The translations under genes were made by a program, and so were the position numbers. A stretch of 64,000 bases of DNA from an uncultured bacterium (lineage in GTDB: Bacteria > Krumholzibacteriota > Krumholzibacteriia > Krumholzibacteriales > Krumholzibacteriaceae): assembly GCA_963813815.1 (NCBI GenBank), contig CAWFAD010000012.1, positions 128,001 through 192,000 of the forward strand. The letters run 5' to 3'. The number at the start of each line of letters is the position of its first letter. The stretch's first letter is position 1. Under the pieces are notes generated by a model. The model was given only the letters and a program-made list of their open reading frames with translations. It was not told the DNA's origin and searched no databases. Shown in pieces: positions 19,974 to 28,089 of the stretch.

Positions 19974-21092
19974 TCAGTCCAATAATGCCTTTAAAAGGAT
20001 AAATATTCCCTGCTTGTCGTTCTCGGACAACCGCAGGTTTTTCTGCGCCTTCTGGTAATTCCCGTTGATTTCGAGCGCCTTTTGAAAGGCCTTGTTGGCC
20101 CTGTCCATGAATATCTTGCATTTTGCGGTATAGAGGATGCCGAGGCTGTTGTGCCCGTCGGCGAAGGTCGGGTTCTGGTCGACGATCTGGCGCACGCTCT
20201 CGAGATGCCCCTCGATATCCTCCTCGCGTAGATTTTCGCCGTCGTACAGAAGCATCAGGTAGAGGTCGAGCACGATGTCCTCGATCCCGCCCCGCTCGGA
20301 GCGGCCACCGGCGCTCTCGAGGGCCTCGTACGCGAGCTCGTACTCCTTGCCCCGAAACAGGCTTCTCGCCTCCTCGACGCGGTTGGAGGCGAGGTACGGA
20401 TCGAGCTGCACGGCCCGGTCGAGATTGCCGAGAAACGCCGTATCGAGATCGCGCGCGAGCTCGTAATCCTCCTTGATGATCGTGTTGAGGAGAAAGGCAC
20501 GTGCGAGGTTGAGGTAGGGCTCGCCGTAGTAGAGATTGAGCCCGATGGCCCGGTTGAAGCAATCAATCGCGGCGCGGCATCGGCGCTGTTTGAGGTGTAT
20601 CACGCCGAGCAGGTTGTGCAGATCGGGGTACTCGGGATTGATCGCGAGGCCGTTTTCCACGGCCTTTATGGCCGCGTCGAATTTTCCGGCCTCGAAGCTG
20701 CACGAACCGATGATCAAATGAGGAAGGGAATCCTTGTTTCCCTTTTCGATCGCATGCCGCGCCTCCTGGATCGCCTCGTCCAAGAGATGGCGCCTCGCGA
20801 GCGCCTGCGCCACGCGCAGATGCGGCTTCGGATCGTCGCTCTGGCGCACGCGGTCGGTCACGCCGAGCAGAATGAGGAAGCGCCGCTTGTTCTCGAGATG
20901 CGCCTCCTTCGTGGCCCGGCGCAGGGCTTCCGCGGGCGCCTTGCCGTCGATGGCGACGTCCGTCGTATCGAAGGGAACGCCGTTCCTGAAGAACGAGCTC
21001 TGAATGATCCCCTTTTGAGGAAGCATGCTCGTCTGCAGAAAATACTTCCGCCCGGCGTGATCGATTTCCTCTCTCAGCTCGAACCCCGTCAC
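19974..21092 (-). CDS. Tetratricopeptide repeat protein
   Basis: TPR motifs NPEYPDLHNLLG, NPTFADGHNSLG and ALEINGNYQKA. Confidence 0.85.
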   Translation of the reverse strand: MTGFELREEIDHAGRKYFLQTSMLPQKGIIQSSFFRNGVPFDTTDVAIDGKAPAEALRRATKEAHLENKRRFLILLGVTDRVRQSDDPKPHLRVAQALARRHLLDEAIQEARHAIEKGNKDSLPHLIIGSCSFEAGKFDAAIKAVENGLAINPEYPDLHNLLGVIHLKQRRCRAAIDCFNRAIGLNLYYGEPYLNLARAFLLNTIIKEDYELARDLDTAFLGNLDRAVQLDPYLASNRVEEARSLFRGKEYELAYEALESAGGRSERGGIEDIVLDLYLMLLYDGENLREEDIEGHLESVRQIVDQNPTFADGHNSLGILYTAKCKIFMDRANKAFQKALEINGNYQKAQKNLRLSENDKQGIFILLKALLD

Positions 21093-21150
21093 CGGATCTC
21101 CTTCCGTGCCGCCCGGATCATGCTAGCACGGTCCGTGCGCCCGCGCCAGC

Positions 21151-21927
21151 TTACCCTTCCCTCTCCCCGCCGGCGCAGCGTGCGCCGGCGCGATCGAGGC
21201 CGAGGATCTCCTCGGTGAGATGGTAATAATCGAACGCTCCGCGCGAAAGCGGCGCGTGTTCGAATATCGTCTTCTGCCGCCCCGGGGCCTCCCGGATCGC
21301 CTGATTCGCCCTGATGACCGTTTTGAGGAGCCGGCCTCCGAAGCGCTCGCGAAGGCTCTCGAGCATGCTGTGCGCGAGCCGGGTGCGCGAATCGTAGAAC
21401 GTCGGCAGCAGCCGAATCGCAATCGGTCCGCGGCCGTTCCACGCCTGGATTTCCTCGACGATCTCGGCCGTCTGCACCGCGCCCGCCTCCGCCAGATAAT
21501 CCATCGAGACGGGGATGATCACCTCGTCGCAATAGGCCAGCGCGTTGATGTTGATGAGGTTCAACGACGGCGAGCAATCGCAGATCACGTAATCGCACCC
21601 CTTGAGCTGTTTCAGCGACTCGGAGAGGCGCTGCTCGCGGTTGACGCGCGAGCCGAGCGTGAGCTCGACCTCCGCGAGGCGCCGGCCGCCCGAATCGATG
21701 AAGAAGAGATTGTCGCGCACCTGGAGAATCTCGACTTCTCCCGAGGTCAGAAGGTCCGCCAGCCCGCGCTCCCCGCGGACGCCGAGGCTGAGGGCCACGC
21801 TCCGCTGCGGATCGCAATCGATGAGGAGCACCCGCTTCCCCGTGAGCGAGAGACCGTGCGACAGGCACAGCGCGGTCGTCGTCTTGCCGGTTCCGCCCTT
21901 CATGGTCATCACAGCGTACTTTTTCAT
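21151..21927 (-). CDS. ParA/Soj-family ATPase (orphan)
   Basis: Deviant Walker A KGGTGKTT, LIDCDPQ, DCSPS and EAP motifs. Confidence 0.9.
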   Translation of the reverse strand: MKKYAVMTMKGGTGKTTTALCLSHGLSLTGKRVLLIDCDPQRSVALSLGVRGERGLADLLTSGEVEILQVRDNLFFIDSGGRRLAEVELTLGSRVNREQRLSESLKQLKGCDYVICDCSPSLNLININALAYCDEVIIPVSMDYLAEAGAVQTAEIVEEIQAWNGRGPIAIRLLPTFYDSRTRLAHSMLESLRERFGGRLLKTVIRANQAIREAPGRQKTIFEHAPLSRGAFDYYHLTEEILGLDRAGARCAGGEREG

Positions 21928-21949
21928 GCCGCAGCCCAAACGCGCCCTT

Positions 21950-24900
21950 CTACTTCTTGCCCCGCGGCTTGCGATCCGAGTTGCGCAGCCGTTTGCCGTA
22001 TTCGTCCCAGCCTATCCGCGTGATGCGCTTGTCTTTGTCTTCGCGGACGTCCGTTCGCTTCTTGAAATCGATGAAAATCACTTTCTCCGGATCCGCGACC
22101 CGCTCGAGCGGTTCGAGCGGAGCGATCTTCGAGGCGCCCAGAAGCGCGTCCGCGAGATCCTGCTTCCGGTCCTCGGGCTCGGGGGCGGGCGCTCCCGCGG
22201 GCGCTCCGGGACCGGGCGCCGCCTCGGGCGGCGCGAAATCCGCGGCGCCTTTCGCCGGCGCCAGCTCCGCGAGCGCCATTTCGAGCGTTCCGTAATGCGG
22301 AATGAGCGGCTCGAAACCGAGATCGCGGAATATATTGAGAATGCTCGAGCTCATGCCGGCGATGGCGATGCGCCCGCCGGTTTCGCCGAGCTTCTGAAGA
22401 TACCTGATGATGATGCCCCATCCCCCGCTCGATATGTACACCATGCGTTCGACGTCCAGAATGAGATTGAGCGGCCGCTCATCCGCGCGCCGCGAGAGCT
22501 CCGCCTCGAACGCTTCGGCCGTCGAGGAATCGACGGCGCCGTCGATCGTCACCACGACGGTCCCTCCGACCGCGCGGGCGTCGCCTGCGGAAGCGATCGC
22601 GAGCGGCGTCCCGGCGCCCTCGGTCCGCTCCGCGCGGGGAGCCGCGGCGGCCTCGTCCGGAGGCTCCTCGTCGAGGATCTCCCCATCCGCGAGCGTCGGC
22701 GCCTCGTTCTTGAAATCCTCTATCGCCTCGGCCAGAACGCCGAAGGAGCGCATGATCGAGTCGAACCCGAGCAAGCTATAGATGCCGTCGACTTCCTGAT
22801 CCATGCCGAAGATCTTGAGATCGCCGCCCCGCAGTCTGATGTCCTTGATGCGCGAGGCGAACACTCCCCAGCCGCTCGAGCTCACGTACTCGACGCGCGA
22901 CATATCGATGACGATCTTCACCGCGCCGCGGTCGACGAGCCCGTCCAGAACGGAGCGGAGGTTCACGCAGCTCACCGTGTCCACGACCCCGTCGAGGTAC
23001 AACACGGTGATTTCCCCCTGATCTCCGACCGTCCCCGCCTCGATCTTGAGGGCGGCCCACGACGAATCCGTCTCCGGGACCTCTCCGGGCCCCGACGCGC
23101 CGGAAGCCGCCGTGGACTGGCGCGTTTCGAGCGTTCTGAGCGGGGCCGGGCGGGCCGATTCCCTCTCGAGTCGGCTCCGCCGCTCCGCGAGCGGGAGCGA
23201 GATATAAGCCGCCGCTTCATCGACCGTCGCGAACTGGAGGATGATCTCCTGGAAGCCGAGGAGCTCGTAGATGTCGTACACCTCCGGCGACATGCTGGCG
23301 AGCACCACGTCCCCCTCTCCCTCGCGAAGCGATTTGACCCGCCCCGTGAAGATTCCCCAACCGCCGCTCGATATGTACATCACCCCGGCGAGATCGACGA
23401 TGATCTTGCGGTATCCGTACTCGTGCACGCTTTCGAGAATTCCCTCGAGCTCTCCCGCCGACGAGGAATCGAGGTGGCCGGCCACGTGCAGCACCACCAC
23501 GTCCCCCGCGAGCTCCTCCGATGTGACCTCGATCGCCCGTCCTTGGCCGGTCCCGAACGACTCGCGGGCGCCCCGCCGGCGCAGCGGCGGCGCGCTCTCG
23601 CGACGGAGGGACGGCGCCGCAGCGGCCGGACGAGCTTCGGGAACGCTCGCCGGCGCCGCTTCCTCCGGGGCGGCTTCCGCGGGGGCCTGCGGCGCCCCGG
23701 CTGCCTCGGCGGCCGCCTCGGCCGGACGGCCGTGCGCGGCGACGAGCTTCTTGAACTCCTCGTCGGAAATGAACCGGTTGCGGCGCAGATACTCGAGCCG
23801 CATTTCGTAGGTGTTGAGCCGGATGCGCTTGAGCTCGTCGTAAACGATGGCGGGCGAGAGCAGGTCGCCCTCCGCCTTTCCCTCGTTGAACGCCGCGGTG
23901 ATCTTCTTCGCGCCGTAGCGGGGATGGTCGCGAATGATCCCGAGAAGCCCCTTCCGCTGCTCGATGCTCACGCGCCGGATATCGACCTCGCGTCGCAGCG
24001 TCTTGTCCTGCAGCCCCCGCTCCCCGAGCTCCTCGAGGCGCTTCTTGTATCGATAGTAGGTCGACGGCGACACCCGCATCATCCGGCAGGCCTCGGCGAC
24101 CGCCACCCCCTGCACCTCGACGAGATCGAGGAGCTTCCGCCGGATGCCGTAGAGCACCTCGTCCGCCTGGAGCTTCTCCTTGATTGCGACCACGGTGATG
24201 TCGTCGTTCTGCGGCTGATCGCCGGTAAAGCTCTTGATGTCGTCGTTGAGGCGATCGATGAACTCCTGCGGGGCGAGACGTCCGCACTGCTTGATGAGCC
24301 TGATGAGACGCTCCTCGCCGTATTGGTTGCGAGCGCCGTTCATCGCCTCCGTCACGCCGTCCGTATAGATGACGAGCATGTCGTCCTTCTTGAGCTTGAT
24401 CTTCTCGACGTCGATCGAGCGGCGGAAGAGCGTGTCGTCGGGCAGCTTGATGCCGACCGGAAATCCTCGCGGGTTGAGAAAATACGTCTCGTCCGTCTCG
24501 GCGCGGTAGAGGATCATCGGATTGTGGCCGGCCGAGGCGTAGCTGATGATGCGGTTTTTCGAATCGAGGATCGAGTAGAAGATCGTAACGAACATGCCTT
24601 TTTTCATGTCTTCCGTCACGAAATCGTTCATGCGCGCCATGACCTCGGCGGCCGAGTGGTTGCCCCGCGCCTCCATGCGCAGAGCCGTCCGGATCATCGT
24701 CATAACGAGCGAGCCGGGCACTCCCTTGCCGGAAACGTCCGCGACGACCACCCCGAGCGTGTCGTCGTCGACCCGCACGAAGTCGTAGTAATCGCCGCCG
24801 ACCTCCTTGGCGGCCCGGTAGAGGCTCGCGATGTCGTAGCCGCCGATCGTGGGGACGCGCTTCGGGAGCAGCGTCTGCTGGATTTCCTGCGCGACCTGCA

Positions 24901-26182
24901 TCTCCTTGTGGAGCCGCTCCTGCTCGACGACGTTCTTCTGGGCCTCGCGGAACTTCGACGTTATCTCGTTGAAGGCCCGGGCGATCTCGCCGATTTCCTG
25001 CGGCCCCGTGATTTGGATCTCGTCGCTGAGCGAGCCCTCGCCGATGGCGCGCACGCCGTCGGTGAGCGCCTGGATCGGGCGGACGAAAATGGCCACGAGC
25101 AGGTAGCTGAGCGCCACCCCGGCGGCGAATACGCCGACGAGTATGAGCGTCATCATGGGCCGCGGGTCGATGATATCGCCCGTCGCGATCGCCTCGGAGA
25201 TGCCCACGACGACGCGTCCGATCTCGGAGGTCTGCCCCCGCTCGGAATCGGTCAGGTAAACGGCCTGATGAAACTCGCGAATGAGACCGAGGCTGTCGTG
25301 GGCCACCGTCCGGTACGCGGCGCCGCGATCGAGCGAGCGCACCTCGGCGGGAATCGCGTACGTCGTGAGAAACTCGTCCTGCTGGTTCGAAGCGAAGATG
25401 CGCCCGTCGGCGTGCACGACGCGGATATACTTCACCTCGGGATACCGCTTTATCTGCCGCGGAATCGCATCCGTGCTGAGCTCGAGCCCGCTCACGTCGT
25501 AGGGATCCTTCGTGAGCGCGCCGACGCTCAGGCTCGCGATGGTTTCGGCGACCCGCTTGCGCTGCAGCCAGGTGTCGGCGAATCGGTCGCGCAGCTCGTT
25601 CGTCTGACGGTAGAGGAGAATCGCCCAGAGGAACACGACGAGGCCGAAGAGGCCGAGCGTCGTGCGCAACGCGAACTTGAATCGGAGCGTCGAGGTCCAC
25701 TTCGGCCGCCTGATCGAGCCGAAGAGCTGCGGCCGCGCGGCGGCCGCGGCCGAGTTTTTTACCATGTAGAGGCGATTCCCCGTCGGCGAAGCCGAATAGC
25801 TCAAATTGTCCATGAGGCGGTTCATCAGGTAGATGCCGAGACCGCCCTTCTTGCCGATTTCGACATAATGGTCGAGGTCGGGCTCCTTGACCTTGGACCA
25901 GTCGAAGGGCTCGCCGCGGTCGAAGATGCTGATCTCGACCGTGCCCGGACCCGCCTGAACGTCGATCCGGATGTCTCCGGCTTTCTCTTTGTACGCGTGT
26001 TTGATGATGTTCGTGCATGCTTCATCGACGGCGAGCTTCGTGTTGTTCGTTTCGCCCTTCGAGAATCCCGCGCGATCGCAGATGCCGGCGATGAAATCCC
26101 GGACCTCGCTCAGGTTGTTCTCGTCCGCGGGAACCTCGAGATGGAACGTCTCGCGCTCCCGCATGCGCTCGCCGCGTTTCAC
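21950..26182 (-). CDS. Hybrid partner-switching protein: RsbW-like Ser kinase, TM, periplasmic domain, TM/HAMP, SpoIIE PP2C phosphatase, HTH, 3x STAS
   Basis: Kinase AVDEACTNIIKHAY/DRGEPFD/GGLGIYL; two hydrophobic helices; HAMP EIGEIARAFN; PP2C VGGDYYD/ADVSGKG/YTDGVTEA/DDIT; three YxSSxGWG STAS motifs. Confidence 0.9.
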   Translation of the reverse strand: MKRGERMRERETFHLEVPADENNLSEVRDFIAGICDRAGFSKGETNNTKLAVDEACTNIIKHAYKEKAGDIRIDVQAGPGTVEISIFDRGEPFDWSKVKEPDLDHYVEIGKKGGLGIYLMNRLMDNLSYSASPTGNRLYMVKNSAAAAARPQLFGSIRRPKWTSTLRFKFALRTTLGLFGLVVFLWAILLYRQTNELRDRFADTWLQRKRVAETIASLSVGALTKDPYDVSGLELSTDAIPRQIKRYPEVKYIRVVHADGRIFASNQQDEFLTTYAIPAEVRSLDRGAAYRTVAHDSLGLIREFHQAVYLTDSERGQTSEIGRVVVGISEAIATGDIIDPRPMMTLILVGVFAAGVALSYLLVAIFVRPIQALTDGVRAIGEGSLSDEIQITGPQEIGEIARAFNEITSKFREAQKNVVEQERLHKEMQVAQEIQQTLLPKRVPTIGGYDIASLYRAAKEVGGDYYDFVRVDDDTLGVVVADVSGKGVPGSLVMTMIRTALRMEARGNHSAAEVMARMNDFVTEDMKKGMFVTIFYSILDSKNRIISYASAGHNPMILYRAETDETYFLNPRGFPVGIKLPDDTLFRRSIDVEKIKLKKDDMLVIYTDGVTEAMNGARNQYGEERLIRLIKQCGRLAPQEFIDRLNDDIKSFTGDQPQNDDITVVAIKEKLQADEVLYGIRRKLLDLVEVQGVAVAEACRMMRVSPSTYYRYKKRLEELGERGLQDKTLRREVDIRRVSIEQRKGLLGIIRDHPRYGAKKITAAFNEGKAEGDLLSPAIVYDELKRIRLNTYEMRLEYLRRNRFISDEEFKKLVAAHGRPAEAAAEAAGAPQAPAEAAPEEAAPASVPEARPAAAAPSLRRESAPPLRRRGARESFGTGQGRAIEVTSEELAGDVVVLHVAGHLDSSSAGELEGILESVHEYGYRKIIVDLAGVMYISSGGWGIFTGRVKSLREGEGDVVLASMSPEVYDIYELLGFQEIILQFATVDEAAAYISLPLAERRSRLERESARPAPLRTLETRQSTAASGASGPGEVPETDSSWAALKIEAGTVGDQGEITVLYLDGVVDTVSCVNLRSVLDGLVDRGAVKIVIDMSRVEYVSSSGWGVFASRIKDIRLRGGDLKIFGMDQEVDGIYSLLGFDSIMRSFGVLAEAIEDFKNEAPTLADGEILDEEPPDEAAAAPRAERTEGAGTPLAIASAGDARAVGGTVVVTIDGAVDSSTAEAFEAELSRRADERPLNLILDVERMVYISSGGWGIIIRYLQKLGETGGRIAIAGMSSSILNIFRDLGFEPLIPHYGTLEMALAELAPAKGAADFAPPEAAPGPGAPAGAPAPEPEDRKQDLADALLGASKIAPLEPLERVADPEKVIFIDFKKRTDVREDKDKRITRIGWDEYGKRLRNSDRKPRGKK

Positions 26183-28089
26183 CGCGCACCCCCCGCTCCG
26201 CCGCTGTTCTGAAGGCGCTTGCGGGCCTCCCCGATGTTCCTCAGCACGCTCTCGTTATCGGGATCGATTTCGAGAATCCGCTGCCACCGCTCGACGGCCT
26301 TCAGGTAATTCCCGTCCGTGAAATGCTTCATTCCCTCGAGATAGAGAGCGCGCACCTCCGCCTTTTCGCCGTCGCTGAGCGGGGTCATGCGCCGCTCGGC
26401 GCGCAGCAGCAGGGTTCGCGCCTCCGCGTGCTTCGGATCGATGGAGAGCAGCTCCCTGATCTGTTTCACGGCGTCCGGATACCGCCCCTCCCCGAACGAC
26501 CTCACGGCGCCGTCGTAGAGCTCCGCGACCCGGAGCCGCTTGGCCGTCGTGAGATAATCCCGGCTCATCTCGTCGACTCGCTCGTTCAGCCGCTCCACGG
26601 CTGCGAGCGCCTCGGCGGATTCGGGCACGATCGTCCGGACCATATTCCACTCGCCGAGTGCGGCTGCGAGCTGTCCCTGCCGCTCGAGATCGAGGGCCCG
26701 CTCGCGGTGCTGCGCCGCGAGGCCATCGAGCTTCTCCTCGGTCGCTCCGAGATACTCCGCCGCCTGCCCGTTCTCCGGATCGATCTCGAGGACACTCCGC
26801 CATTCCGCGCGGGCGCGGATATAATCTCCCGTGCCGTAGTATTCGAGTCCGAGACGGAAGTGACGGTTCGTGAGGGCCGCTTTTTCGGCGTCCTTCGTCC
26901 GCTGCTCTTCCGCTGCGAGAACGTCGCGCTCGACCACGCTGATGGTGTCGGCGACGGCCCGGCTCGTCGGATCGTACTCGAGGGCGATTCTGAGCTCGTC
27001 GAGCGCCTTCGCCGGCTGCCCATCGCGCCGGAACTGCTCGGCGGAGGCAATGTGGCCGGCGATCCTCCTCGTGAGCATCTGCTGGATGCGACGTTCTTCG
27101 TCGGCGAGGCGCCGCTCCTCGCGCAGCCGTATACGGTCGTCGATCGAGGATCCGATCCGGGCGGAGAGCGAGAGCGGATGCGCGCTTCCGGCCTCCTCGC
27201 GGCTCAGATAGCCGTAATCGAATCCGAAGCCGTGCCAGCCGACGCCGACCCCCGCCGTGATGCTTTGCCCGTCGTATCCGGCGCGGATCGCGAGAAAGTC
27301 CCGGAACCGGTACTCGGCCCCGGCCCGCACCTTCGTGTCGCCGCGCGCGGGAAGATCCATCTGCGCCGCCAGCACGAGCGCGGAGCTCTTTCCCAGCGCG
27401 CGGGCGTAGCCGGCGCCGATCATCACGGTGCGGTCCACGGGCTCGCTCACCGAGACGAGCTTGATCTCCGCGCCGACGATATCCTGAAGGTTGCACCCGA
27501 CGCGGAGGCCCTCCAACCAGCGCGGCTGGTACACGAATCCGACGTCGAGCCCCGTGCCGGTATCCGAGAAATCTCCGACGCGCTGGCTCAGCATCTTCGC
27601 CGACGAGCCGACGGTGACCGCGCCGGCGTAACGCCACGGCAGCGTGTACGCGTAGGCGACGATCATCTGACTCTCGCGGTAGCTGAGCTCGCCCGTTTCA
27701 CGGCTCCACTCGTCGAACCCGCGGATGCCCCCCGTCCCCGCCGTCATGAAGCCCGCGCCGAGGGCGCCGGCGGAGATCGTCGGATACACGAAACCGAGAA
27801 AGTCGTATCCCGTGTCGCTCCATCCGGAAAAGAGCTGCGCGTGGCTCGCGAGCACCGCGGTGTACCGGTTGAGCGCGAGGGCGGCCGGGTTGTAGAACAA
27901 CGCCGACGCGTCGTCGCCCACGGCGGAGAAGGCTCCCCCCATGGCGATCGCCCGCGCCCCCGCCCCGACGGCAAAGATCGAGCTCGTGCCGCCCGTTCCC
28001 TCCTGCGCCGCGACGCTCGACACGAGCATCGCCGAGAGCAGGACGGCGGTCAACGCCGCATACCGATGGTTCGTTCGCATACCCATCAC
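26179..28089 (-). CDS. PorV/PorQ-like beta-barrel fused to C-terminal TPR array
   Basis: Signal peptide, GAGARAIAMGGAFSAVGDDASALFYNPAAL, GAEY...LAIRAGY...FDYGY, then TPRs (LEIDPEN, LSIDPKH, LEIDPDN). Confidence 0.85.
   Translation of the reverse strand: MMGMRTNHRYAALTAVLLSAMLVSSVAAQEGTGGTSSIFAVGAGARAIAMGGAFSAVGDDASALFYNPAALALNRYTAVLASHAQLFSGWSDTGYDFLGFVYPTISAGALGAGFMTAGTGGIRGFDEWSRETGELSYRESQMIVAYAYTLPWRYAGAVTVGSSAKMLSQRVGDFSDTGTGLDVGFVYQPRWLEGLRVGCNLQDIVGAEIKLVSVSEPVDRTVMIGAGYARALGKSSALVLAAQMDLPARGDTKVRAGAEYRFRDFLAIRAGYDGQSITAGVGVGWHGFGFDYGYLSREEAGSAHPLSLSARIGSSIDDRIRLREERRLADEERRIQQMLTRRIAGHIASAEQFRRDGQPAKALDELRIALEYDPTSRAVADTISVVERDVLAAEEQRTKDAEKAALTNRHFRLGLEYYGTGDYIRARAEWRSVLEIDPENGQAAEYLGATEEKLDGLAAQHRERALDLERQGQLAAALGEWNMVRTIVPESAEALAAVERLNERVDEMSRDYLTTAKRLRVAELYDGAVRSFGEGRYPDAVKQIRELLSIDPKHAEARTLLLRAERRMTPLSDGEKAEVRALYLEGMKHFTDGNYLKAVERWQRILEIDPDNESVLRNIGEARKRLQNSGGAGGAR

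Noticed and set aside
23740..24150. Intact IS element
   Set aside because: Only the HTH part is present, in frame within a host gene; no DDE domain, terminal inverted repeats or target duplication were seen.
21602..26212. 1536-aa plus-strand ORF
   Set aside because: Antisense shadow of the hybrid signalling gene; Arg/Ala-rich with no motifs, as expected at high GC.
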